This document shows positions 11,975-22,870 of a stretch of 32,255 nt of DNA, piece by piece (positions within the stretch are counted from its first letter, which is position 1; every line of letters starts with the position of its first letter). The notes beneath the pieces are model-generated. The model worked only from the letters and a program-made list of their open reading frames with translations. It was not told the DNA's origin and searched no databases. A program made the translations under genes and the position numbers. The stretch spans positions 1 through 32,255 of the forward strand of contig NW_021829646.1 of NCBI RefSeq assembly GCF_006345805.1. The letters are read 5' to 3'. The DNA is from Octopus sinensis (Eukaryota).

Positions 11975-12168
11975 GGCTTATATCACCTAAATCGTCTAAT
12001 TTTTTTTTTTTCTCTCCCTGCTTATTTCTGTGTTCCTTTCTGGTGAAGAGCGTAGGCTCGAAACGTAAAAGACCTTCTCACTTCCCGAGCGTCAAACTAA
12101 TACGTTTGTTTGTTGTTTACATACCCGTCTTCGTCTTTTGTTTTGTTTATTCTTTTGTAAATTCTAAG
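11975..12168 (+). mobile_element. Penelope-like element terminal-repeat (pLTR-like) fragment, family 1
   Basis: Shares gaagagcgtaggctcgaaacgta...gagcgt.aaactaatac...tgtcttcgtcttttgttt with 19757-19944, 20006-20192 and 30825-30975, and contains a minimal hammerhead-like motif. The PLE assignment is inferred from that motif; no RT or GIY-YIG ORF is visible. Confidence 0.65.
12036..12071 (+). ncRNA. Minimal type I hammerhead ribozyme-like motif (A6 variant)
   Basis: cttt(12036-39)-CUGGUGA(12040-46)-a-GAGC/guag/GCUC(12048-59)-GAAA(12060-63)-CG-UA(12066-67)-aaag(12068-71). Stem I is cttt/aaag, stem II is a perfect 4-bp hairpin, and stem III is the palindromic ACGU. Confidence 0.6.
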
Positions 12169-13317
12169 TATAAAAATAATAGCTCACTTCGCAAGTAAGA
12201 GGTTCTAAAAAGTTAGCTGTGTTCATCTTCGGATTTGGCAAACTTTTAAATATATTCTAGATATATTGTGGCTCGTACATTTATTTGTGTACAACTGGAA
12301 ACGCCTCCACTTTTGCAACAATGGGAGTGTTTACTATTCCTTTCATTAGTTTTTAAGCATTCATAGCTTTATTTACCATTCAGTGCTCTAATAGCCATAT
12401 TTTCACATTTCTAAACTTATTTGTACGTAATTATACCACTTCTTATCCATTTTAATAAGGAATTACTATAACGTTTCTCAAATCAAAGGCACTTGCTTTT
12501 TCAAATATATATATTTGTCATATATATATATGTCAAATTCTGATTTTGTAAAAAGTGGATATTAATAAAAGATATGGCCAATTGTCGCATTGCACTGATC
12601 TTCAGTCGATATTTGATGGTTATATTTAACACTAGATTCTTGGGGGTGTTCTCTTGTTTTCAAAGGTTTTTTTTTTTATGTTTGGCATTACACACTTAAA
12701 ATCAAATCAAATTCTGCATTTAGGCCAGACATTTTTTTTACCTATTGTTGGCTTTCGTTCTGGCAAAAATTATTCTCTATATTTCCCGCAGGCATTGGCC
12801 ACTCTGTTTGTTTGATTTTTGTTTGTTGTTTTTTTTCAATCCCTTCTGCATTATTTGTATTTTTAAATTTCATCTCTGTGTTGACCTTTGATTCTTAAAA
12901 AAATTCTATTATTTTCCTCACCTAATATAACTTCTGCGTAAATAGATTTTATGTATATAAAAAAAAACGTTTCTTTCTTTTTACAGAGAGAAATTTTTAC
13001 TTCCTTAACCCATATTGTTTGGTTATTGAATTTCACGAAACATTCGCAGTATTTTTACAATCACTTTCCCCTTCGTACACTAGTAGTATTATGTTTGAAT
13101 TTACATCACATATCCCTATATATATGTTTAGGCACATCCTAATGTATCGACTTGATTTTGGTAACCTCTATTTGCCGTTAGTAATCTTGTATTATTCCCT
13201 GATTCAGCTTTTCTATTCCTTTAACTTTCTAACATATAGTAAAAGAATGTTTTTCTATCAAAGACAAGTTTTGAATCTTCATATATTTAAGCATAAGTCG
13301 AAAGTTCGGCCTTTCTT

Positions 13318-13539
13318 TATTTCTTTACTACCCACAAGGGGCTAAACACAGAGAGGACAAAGAAGGACAGACAAACAGATTAAGTCGATTATATCGACCC
13401 CAGTGCGTAAATGGTAATTATTTAATCGACCCCGAAAGGATGAAAGGCAAAGTCGACCTCGGCGGAATTTGAACTCAGAACGTAGAGGCAGAACATTTTG
13501 CCATGATTGCTAACGATTCTGCCAGCACATTGCCGCCTT
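13318..13539 (-). mobile_element. tRNA-derived SINE, family B (same family as 26342-26573)
   Basis: High similarity to 26342-26573. Minus-strand box B gagttcaaattcc, core ggtcgactttgcctttcatcctttcggggtcga, tail ...gggtagtaaagaaata. The head is partly deleted. Confidence 0.9.
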
Positions 13540-13544
13540 CGTTT

Positions 13545-13755
13545 AGTATATCATGCCCCAAATACAGAAAGGCAAATCATTTGGCATGGTCTATTTAATT
13601 CCAAAAGGAACGCTTATAGGATGGGGCAGAGTTTGCTGTCCGTAAGAGGAGATCCCCGTGAGTCAAAGTGGCTATTCCAGCGCATCTCCTACGCCATCCT
13701 CTGGGACAACGCCTTTTCCGCTTTGTCTGCCATTAGAATCGTTTCTATATTGTGA
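13545..13755 (+). mobile_element. C-terminal restriction-like endonuclease fragment of a CRE-clade-like non-LTR retrotransposon
   Basis: From 13621 the frame reads MGQSLLSVRGDPRESKWLFQRISYAILWDNAFSALSA, matching the recalled CRE-type C-terminal pattern LG..L...TGDPR...FL.QR(I/L)SIAIQRGNA.S.L. Confidence 0.6.
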
Positions 13756-14048
13756 GGGGCAAGATTTCGCCATAACCATTTACTTACAACATTAAACAAT
13801 AGCTATGTTTGAAATTTTATTTATTTATTTCCTACAAAATCAAACAGGAATCGACTGAAATTTGCGAGTGATTCTCCTCCATTTGAAATACATTTTGTTT
13901 AATTGTGATTACACATCACAGAAGGAAACCAATGAAATTGATGTTTACATTGCCATCTTGATATTTTCATGAAGAAATTCGACTGAAGGAAGACGTTCTT
14001 GTGTGATGGAATAAATCTGCAATGATTATATGATGCCATATCAATTTG

Positions 14049-14211
14049 CCGTATTTCAACGTTTATAAGGAACCCTGTTTTGTCAAAAATTAGGTTAAAA
14101 AATAAGGAAGTTTCTTGAACACGGATACTATTATAATCCCTTAGAAAACACTTTTTCCAAATTTTACGCCCCCAAAATTAGGGGGTTCCGTGTACACGAA
14201 ATAATACGGTA
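14049..14211. mobile_element. Short MITE with pogo/Tigger-like TIRs
   Basis: The left end 14049-14075 (ccgtatttcaacgtttataaggaaccc) and the reverse complement of 14183-14209 (ccgtattatttcgtgtacacggaaccc) match at 20/27 positions. The right end is followed by TA (14210-11); the left flank is TG. Confidence 0.6.
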
Positions 14212-14714
14212 GTACATTATTTGCTGTTAGTGAAATAAAAAAAAACGCTCTATACATGCAGATGAATTTTCTGTCCATGCTGGTTGTTCAACCAATATTC
14301 ACACGCTCTTATTTATAGCAATACCAAGGGAAGGAGTTGAAAGAATTATTACCGTGCCGGACATAATGCTCAGCAACGTATGTTCTATCGGTACTTTCTG
14401 ATTTCAAGTGCTGCCAATGCCGACTTTGCTTTCTATTCTTGTAGGCGTAGTTAAAATAAGTAACAGTTGAGTCCTGGAGGTCTATGTGTCTATCTGTCAG
14501 TCCGTCCATCCATCCATCAGTCAATCTATCTATCTCTCTCTATATATATATCCCTATATATCTATCTATATATCTATCTACCAGACAGACACACACTACT
14601 GGCTTTCTGCTAAAACTTGAAACTATTAATTACAGTGGTATCTTCGACGTAATTGACTCTTCCAAAAATTATTATTTCACATTGTCTCGAGTTCCTAAAT
14701 TCTCCTGATATCAA

Positions 14715-14991
14715 GAGAGAGAGAGAGAGAGAGAGAGATGAATCATGGATGGATGGAGGACTGACTGACAGACAGGCAGACAGAGAGGCAGAGTGAGAGG
14801 CAGACACACGGAGAGACAGACAGACAGACGGACGACGGGCGGACAGACGGAAGGATGGACAGACTGACAGACAAACAGACTGACAGACAAACAGACTGAC
14901 AGGCAGACAGACAAATGGACGGACGGGTAGACGAACCTACAGATGGAGCATTGGCAGACAGACAGATAGACAGATAGATAGATACATAGAT

Positions 14992-15028
<37 letters not shown>

Positions 15029-15212
15029 CATGCATACATACATACATACATACATACATACATACGTACGTACGTACGTACATACATACATACATATGTA
15101 TGTACGTACATACATACATACATAAATACATTCATACAAACATACATACATACGTACTTACGTACGCACGTGCGTACATACATACATACATATATACATT
15201 CATTCATACATA
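14715..15212. repeat. (GA)n, (GACA)n, (AT)n and (ATAC)n compound microsatellite
   Basis: Direct inspection. Confidence 0.93.
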
Positions 15213-15514
15213 GAGAGTTCCCATCCTTATGTCCCAGTAATTTCTTTCGTTTCATGATGGACATATCAATCGCCGATTCCTCCGCAGAGACATTCTCTGA
15301 CATGCGTGGTGCCACTAAACCATATCTAACGATGCCACCGATATGTGATTAGCAGCATTTGAAAGCGAAATATTCTAAAGACCATCTTCCCAGAGACAAG
15401 CTGACGGCTTCAGACGTTTGATTACGAAATATTCCCCGTTATAATTTTCTGATCATTGTAACCACGCTCAGACACGCACGCCCACATAAGATATACACGC
15501 ATATACACGATGCA

Positions 15515-15560
<46 letters not shown>

Positions 15561-15627
15561 ACGCACGCACGCACACTCACATTCTTGGCATACCCAGACG
15601 CTCTCCCTATATCTCTCTTGATATAAC

Positions 15628-15658
<31 letters not shown>

Positions 15659-15666
15659 TGTATCTG

Positions 15667-15700
<34 letters not shown>

Positions 15701-15820
15701 ATATGTATCTGTATATATATATATAAACATATTAACACACACATATAGATGTATATACATGTGTGTGTATATATATATAAATATATGTATAATATATTAT
15801 ATATATATATATATTATATT

Positions 15821-15855
<35 letters not shown>

Positions 15856-16025
15856 GCATAAATGTATAAATTCATAAGTGTCATACACAATTTTCATTCA
15901 TACATACATACGTACGTACATATACACACATCTACATACACACACACACGCACACATTCACGCACACGCACACATTCACGCACACGCACACACATTCACA
16001 CACACACACACCACACATATATATA
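15515..16025. repeat. (CA)n/(AT)n/(ATAC)n microsatellite cluster
   Basis: Direct inspection. Confidence 0.9.
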
Positions 16026-16269
16026 TAGTTTTGCAAACTATTACACCGTTTTGCCGGTCAATAATTTTTGATCTGGCAATTGTTCATTTCTTGCTTTAAC
16101 ATGTCTGATACGGTTTAGTAGTTTATTTTCTGATCACCAGGTTGGATAATTTACCGATTTGCTCGTCCAATCCTCTCTCCCAATGTCCACAAATTTGCGT
16201 ATATAATATGCGAATATGCGTATATGCAGCATAATATGGAAGGACAGTGTCGCTATCTACTTGTATTAG

Positions 16270-16450
16270 GTCATATAAATTGAGGCTCTGAAATCATATC
16301 TCAACAAGAAGTATGGTATTCTTTTCTCAGTATGAGATGGATTTATATCCAAAGGAAACTGCCTCTCCATTCAATTTTGGCGAATGCAGCTTTGGCTTGG
16401 AGGAAATGATGTCAAGAGTGAATGTCCGATTGTCATTGAATGTGTTCACT
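16270..16450 (-). mobile_element. Possible highly decayed RTE-type LINE RT fragment
   Basis: Minus-strand frames give NDNR...DI / QAKAAFAKI / LILRK, weakly recalling the RTE region downstream of the RT 'YLG' motif. Frameshifts and stops are present. Confidence 0.25.
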
Positions 16451-16923
16451 CTGAATTGTAAGACCTTCCAGCTGATGGCTAAATCACTGATCAAACTCGC
16501 CTCCTAACTTCAAGCTTAACTCCTCTCACTTCTGCTCTAACGAACATGAGGTTCTTTCTTCTGCTCTTCCCATTTTGCCCTCAAGGTCTCGATTATACTC
16601 TTCTCTGCAGAATTGTGACCTCGATCAGGATTTATTTATTTTGCCTTCTCAAAACGCAGAGCTACATGATAATCTACTAAATCTACTAAATAATCAACTT
16701 AGACTTTGGAAACAGTGCTACAGCATGGTCTCTAACCATTGACAGGGACCAATAAGAAACAAAACAATTAATATTTCAAACGATTCCTTTTTGATATATT
16801 TCTTAGTTTGAATATGACAAACTCCTGTTTACTTCAAAAGTCTCTTTTTATAGTCTATCGACCCCAACAAAATGAAACCCTTATTTTGTAATTTTTATGA
16901 TTTTTATTCTAAAAGATTTATGT

Positions 16924-16957
16924 CTCATATTTTTCTTCCTTTCTTTTTCAGGTAAGT
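16924..16957 (+). promoter_or_regulatory. Juxtaposed 3' and 5' splice-site consensus (candidate recursive splice site / ratchet point)
   Basis: Branch-like CTCAT at 16924-28, an uninterrupted pyrimidine run at 16930-16949, AG at 16950-51, and GTAAGT immediately after at 16952-57. Confidence 0.55.
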
Positions 16958-18832
16958 GATCCAAATTTGATCCAGTTTCTTCTTTCGCTGCACGAAAACT
17001 AGTTTCTAAAGTTCATCATTTGAAAGGTAAAGTTTTCCGTTCATTTTCCACGGGAGAAAAATCATATGTTCTATATATTAGATATATTATCATATACTGT
17101 TTAAAATCAGTGTTGAGATACGATTGTACCTGAGTCGATGCCGTCGATCAAAATCTTCGAGTTGCGAGGATTTAATACTCTGCATTAAGTTGGTCCAATC
17201 AAAACTCGGGCTTTTCCGAGTACATGATCATGTGATGCAGACCATGGTATCATTGATGTTATCATCTCTTTCTTTTCACTCCCCTCCACATCAGCATTGT
17301 CTTTCTCTCAAATATATTATTATCGTTATGGTTCAAATGTGGACGGCACATGTGGACGATTTTCATTTACAATACTTTATTTTCCGCGTTCAAATCCTGT
17401 TATGTAATTTTTTACGATTTGATAAAATACTTATCGTCAAATCTTAGAATCGATAAAAATAAACTGATCGCTGTTTTTACCAAATTTCAGAGAAATTTAG
17501 CTGCTATTTGTAGCAAGTCGAACCACCATATAAATGCTTATTGTTCAAGATTCGCACTTCCCCTTATTCATTTGGATATGAGACGATTTGGTATAGCTAT
17601 TTCGGCGTCACCTATTTGGCGTCGTTCATTCGACGCTGACTTACTTGACATCACCCATCACACGTGTTAGTCACGTTTCCTCGTCTCTCCCCCACCTCTC
17701 TCTCTCTCTCTCTCTGAGTATATTTGTATCTGGAAAGAGATATCTATGCCAATGATGTTCAAGAAAAAGATTGTAAGCTCACTCGTTCTCTCCCCTAATC
17801 TCACTCCTTTCCCCTATATTTTTTCCATCTGAAATCATATACTCCTGCATGCGCTTGCGGACGTGTATGTACGTGTGTTTACCTCAAATGACAAAATATA
17901 CTAATCCGGAAACCGGTTCAACCCACCAGTTAAACCTACCAAATCTCCAGCATCTAAACAGCACACCGAATCCTTTGCACCCGCAACCATACAGTGGTAT
18001 TTTGATGACATCAGTGAAATGATACAGGGATCGAAATCGCATCTACAATTTTCCATTTCTTTAATTGTAGCAGCAACGACGCTTTTAATTTACTGATATT
18101 TCCAACGCTCATCAAAACCCAGTTTTATATTTTTGGTTTTAGCTGTTTATATTTCTCCCTATTTTCTGTTTTTTTTTTTTTTTACTTGTGTTCTTCTAAT
18201 GTCGTAACATGTGTCACCCGAAGACTAGAATATGCTTCCGTAATGCAAGTCTGGAGGGGATAAAGTGGACATTTTTTTTTCATCTGTTTCCCTTTTGTAG
18301 TATAAATTAATACGCGAGGGAAACGTGACATTGCTGTTGAAATGCATCGCTCAACTACCAAAAACTTTTTTATCAAGTAATATATGGTATCAAAACATCG
18401 GGCGATATTTTCTTTGGAGTTCTTTCATTATTTTAGACTTATTAGGAATTGTAAATGATCTCCGGGCAAATCGTGCTGCAGATAGAAAAAGAAAACCAAG
18501 GAAAGAAAAGAAAAAAAACGAAAAAGAAAGCTAAAAATCTTTTAACACAAAATATGAATTCCTTTAAGTTTTAACCTAAAGCAGAAAAACGATCCACGCT
18601 TGCTTGAAAGGACACTTGATTCCACATGATATTTGCTGTGGTATTCTAATAACGATAAACATACGCTTCACTTTAACAAATAAATATCTACCGTAGGGTG
18701 CGCATATTAGATACAAAAGGCGGGAAATAGAGCGTTCTTCAAATGTGTGCGTCACTTTCCACTTTTCTAGTGCACACAAAGTAATTCATAATGAAAATTT
18801 GCTACCATATTTTGTATTCGAAAAAGCAGGAC

Positions 18833-19065
18833 ATGTGTGTGTGTGTATGTGTGTGTGTGTGTATGTTTATGTGTGTGTATGCATACATACATGTGTATAT
18901 TTATGCATGGGTGTGTGTATGTATGTATATATGTAAGTATGAATGTGTGTGTACGTGTGTGTTTGCGTGTGTGTGTACGTGGGTGTATCATACACAAAAT
19001 ATATTTGCTGGAAAAAGAATGCAGTGACACGATGGATGACATATACGAAAGAGAATTCATGCATG

Positions 19066-19095
<30 letters not shown>
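18833..19095. repeat. (GT)n-rich tracts
   Basis: Direct inspection. Confidence 0.85.
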
Positions 19096-19099
<4 letters not shown>

Positions 19100-19336
19100 T
19101 ATTTACAAAGTCGGAGTATTTTAAAAAAAGAACTTTCTCGTATATTTAGCAGGTAAAAACAGTGAGTGGTTACTCAATGCAACTAGCTTAGCACCAATAA
19201 TGAGTAAATGCTGAGTTAAAAAAACATGTCAGCATTCATTCATAATAAAAAATTAAAACAACAATCTCAATATTCCTTTACTTAAATAAGGGTTTCTTAT
19301 GCAGGCCCAAAACCAGCAATTTTGAACAGAAGATAA

Positions 19337-19426
19337 ATTGATGTTATCGTTTCTATTACCTGACAGGTAACTTACATTTATCGATCCAGGAGCGATGAAA
19401 GGGTAAGTTCATCGCGGTGTGTTTTG
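19337..19426 (-). mobile_element. Old degenerate SINE fragment related to family B
   Basis: atttatcgatccaggagcgatgaaagggtaagt resembles atttatcgaccccgaaaggatgaaaggcaaagt at 26445-26477. Confidence 0.5.
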
Positions 19427-19756
19427 TACCGATTCAAATACTGACAAGGATTTTATGCAATTCTTTAACGCTTCGGCTAATGTAGAAATTTGTTGGCGAT
19501 TGTGAAGTCCAGATACACGAAGGACCTGACAAACTCCACGGCGTCGGGGACAATATGGATAATCGGAGAGTCCGGGATATCTATAACATGTATCAGCCAT
19601 GTCGTCGCTCAGTTCCTCTTGAAGCGAAGTCTTGGATAGATTTCAAAATTGATGCCAATATCATTTGTGCACTATTGATGGAATATTTTCCACGTAACAC
19701 AAATGATGTAGCGCTCTCGGCGGCGTTGGAGATATATATATATATATATATATATA

Positions 19757-19944
19757 GCCGCCATGATAGATCGTTAGCCACTACACACATTTTTCTCTCC
19801 TTGTTTCTCTCCTTGTTTTTTTCTGTAGAAGAGCGTAGGCTCGAATCGTACAAGACTTTTCTATTCCTGAGCGTTATACTAATACATCTGTTTGTTTTGT
19901 ACACTACCTGTCTTCGTCTTTTGTTTTTTTTCGTAAACTCTCAC
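19757..19944 (+). mobile_element. Penelope-like pLTR fragment, family 1, copy 1 of a local duplication
   Basis: Same family as 11975-12168. The hammerhead-like motif is decayed (CTGTAGA-a-GAGC-gtag-GCTC-GAAT). Flanked by (TA)n on both sides. Confidence 0.75.
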
Positions 19945-19957
19945 TATATATATATAT

Positions 19958-20005
<48 letters not shown>

Positions 20006-20192
20006 GCCGCATGATAGATCGTTAGCCACTACACACATTTTTCTCTCCTTGTTTCTCTCCTTGTTTTTTTCTGTAGAAGAGCGTAGGCTCGAATCGTACA
20101 AGACTTTTCTATTCCTGAGCGTTATACTAATACATCTGTTTGTTTTGTACACTACCTGTCTTCGTCTTTTGTTTTTTTTCGTAAACTCTCAC
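20006..20192 (+). mobile_element. Penelope-like pLTR fragment, family 1, copy 2 of a local duplication
   Basis: Identical by eye to 19757-19944 except for a one-base indel (gccgccatg vs gccgcatg). Flanked by (TA)n. Confidence 0.75.
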
Positions 20193-20214
20193 TATATATA
20201 TATATAATATATAT

Positions 20215-20256
<42 letters not shown>

Positions 20257-20394
20257 CGTTAGAAATACATTAATATTGATTCAATATGAATACGTTGTTT
20301 TGTTTTGATTTTATTATATTTACATCATGGGGTATGTGGTTGTGTGATGTTATGTAGGAGTCTGTGTAGACGTGGACGTCTATGTACGTACGCA

Positions 20395-20478
20395 TGTATG
20401 TATGTATGTACGTATGTATGTATGTATGTATGTATGTATGTATGTATGTATGTATGTATGTATGTATGTATGTATGTA
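20395..20478. repeat. (ATGT)n microsatellite
   Basis: Direct inspection. Confidence 0.95.
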
Positions 20479-20850
20479 TAATATCGTTCTTTTACATCTG
20501 TTCTACCATCGTGTAAATTGTGTACAGAATAAGTAGATATTACACCAAGATATATCACATTTGCATTTCAAGAATATTAACACAGTTTTCAAGCAATAAT
20601 TATTCATGAAACATATAAGATATTTCAAAGTTATTTAGGAGAAGGAATTATGCATCGTAAATGTGTTTGTTCACAATGTGTGACATATTTAATTTGTTTA
20701 CAAAAAATAAAAGAAAACAAATCACCCGATTTGCTCAACGACGGAAAATAATAATTAAACGAGACTATTGCATGTAAGCATATATGAAGTGCTGCTTCTG
20801 ATTATATCAATACGGGTGTTTGTTTCGCTATGTACTTAGAAGTACGTTCT

Positions 20851-21094
20851 GAAGGCTCAGTGGTTAGAGCGTCGAGCACACAATCATGTGGTGGTGTGTT
20901 CGATTCCTGGACCAGAACACTTTATTTCACGTTCCATCGTCACTGGTGCCAAGCTGTATCAGCCTTTGCCTTTCCTCTGGGCAACTTCAGGGGCCTAGAG
21001 AGCGAGGACTGTTATGCATGGGCGATTGCTGGTCTTCCATAAACAACCTTGTCCGGTCTTGGTCCTCGGAGGGGAACTTTCTAGGGACAAGCCC
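20851..21094 (+). mobile_element. tRNA-derived SINE, family C, copy 1 (internally deleted)
   Basis: Box A-like ggctcagtgg (20854-63) and box B gttcgattcc (20898-907). The body is shared with the adjacent copy (acactttatttc, tcactggtg.caagct, atgca.gggcga). Confidence 0.85.
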
Positions 21095-21099
21095 TAAAT

Positions 21100-21367
21100 G
21101 AAGGAGCATGGCTCATTGGTTGGAATGTCGGGTTCACAATCATCAGGTAGTGAGTTCGATTCCTGGACTGGCCTCTGTGCTGCGCTCTTGAGAAATACAC
21201 TTTATTTCGAGTTGCTCCAGTTCACTCGGCTGTAGAAACGAGTTGCGACATCACTGGTGGCAAGCTATTATGGCCCCTTTGCCTTGGAAAAAATCGATGG
21301 CGTGGGGAACAGAGGCTGGTATGCACGGGCGACTGTGTGACTTCAATAAACCACCTTGATCGGACTT
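21100..21367 (+). mobile_element. tRNA-derived SINE, family C, copy 2 (head-to-tail with copy 1)
   Basis: Box A tggctcattgg (21109-19) and box B gagttcgattcc (21152-63). The central ttgagaaatacactttatttc...gttgctccagttcactcggctg resembles my recollection of the Nin/Deu-type SINE domain. Confidence 0.85.
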
Positions 21368-21859
21368 ACCATGCTGCTTACCATGTTTGCCAAATAAGTG
21401 GCAAGCAAGAAACCTAGGATGTTGGGTTATTAGATTAGCACTGGGTAAATAGATATATGTTCTACATTTTGCTTATTAAGTTCTCTTTGAATTAATTATG
21501 GAAATAAAACCCTCGGCCTCTTTATATATAGGTAATCTCAAAGCCATTCATCTAATTACATGCGGGGACGTAGCTCCCCTTTGATACTATCCACTTAAAT
21601 AATGTTTAATGTAACATTATGATAAGGAAAATCAGAGATTAACAGCTGTTACTATTGCACGGAGACAATTCTGATTTGTTTTTAAAGCTTTTTCATTCCC
21701 ACATCTTGTTTTGTAAATTTTTAGATAAAATCTTCATACACTAACAGATTTGCACACGTATATCCATTAAAAGGAGCGTTCCCACCATATGATGGCATAT
21801 GGTAGCCAATAAACTTGAAGGAGCTTTGAAATTCACGTTATGCGGTTAATACTAACTAG

Positions 21860-21888
21860 ATATATGTATGTGTGTATATTTATATACC

Positions 21889-21936
<48 letters not shown>

Positions 21937-21951
21937 ATATATTATATATAT

Positions 21952-22014
<63 letters not shown>

Positions 22015-22152
22015 TATATATATGTATATATATTTATCTATGTATATATGTATGTATGCATATATGTATTTATGTATGTATCATTTTATTTAGTGGTTTC
22101 TATGAAATAATATAAATTCCGTATAATATAATTACGTTTAGTATATATATAT

Positions 22153-22201
<49 letters not shown>

Positions 22202-22870
22202 AACATAAGATAAGGTATATATATATGTGTGCGTGTGTGATTGTGTGTATGTAATATATATACATCTATGTGAATGTGTGTGCGTGTAATGTGTGAGTAT
22301 GTATGTATAATGGAAATACTTAAACTTTCAACTCAAATTAAGGAGGGCACAAATAGGAACAGAATGCTAAAATGGAAGTACATAGCTATACATACATAGC
22401 TATACATACACACATACATACACACATACATACATACACACATACATTCATTCATACATGCATATATAACTATACATACATACATACATACATTCATTCA
22501 TACATACATACACACATACATACATAACTATACATACATACATAAATACATACATATATGCATACATACATTCATACATACATACATATATACATAACTA
22601 TACATACATACATACATACGTTACATACATACATAAATACATACATAAATACATATATACATTCGTACATACATACATTCATACATACATACATATATAT
22701 ATTATATACTAAGAGAAACGTACACATATAATATATATATTTACGCACACATAAACACACAAATTTACTTGTGTAAGTGTGTGTGTGTGCATTTCCGTGT
22801 ATGCATGTATATATATGTATATAGATATATCTATCTATATACATACACACACACACACACACACACATAC
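21860..22870. repeat. (AT)n, then (ATAC)n with higher-order units, then (CA)n
   Basis: Direct inspection. Confidence 0.9.

Noticed and set aside
12200-13300. About 1.1 kb of AT-rich unique sequence after the pLTR-like fragment, examined for a Penelope RT or GIY-YIG frame
   Set aside because: No convincing motifs found in the frames I translated by hand.
15212-15350. Minus-strand ORF start MAPRMSENVSAEESAIDMSIMKRKKLLGHKDGNSL and plus-strand REFPSLCPSNFF...
   Set aside because: Short, no recognisable domain, GTG start just after a stop, runs into a microsatellite, and lacks convincing splice sites.
17905-18010. SGNRF...ESFAPATIQWY, faintly like an L2/CR1 ORF2 C-terminus
   Set aside because: Too few matching residues to distinguish from chance.
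21784-21813. 8-bp hairpin accatatg/atgg/catatggt followed by AATAAA
   Set aside because: A short stem and an AATAAA are expected by chance in AT-rich DNA; it does not match the histone stem-loop.
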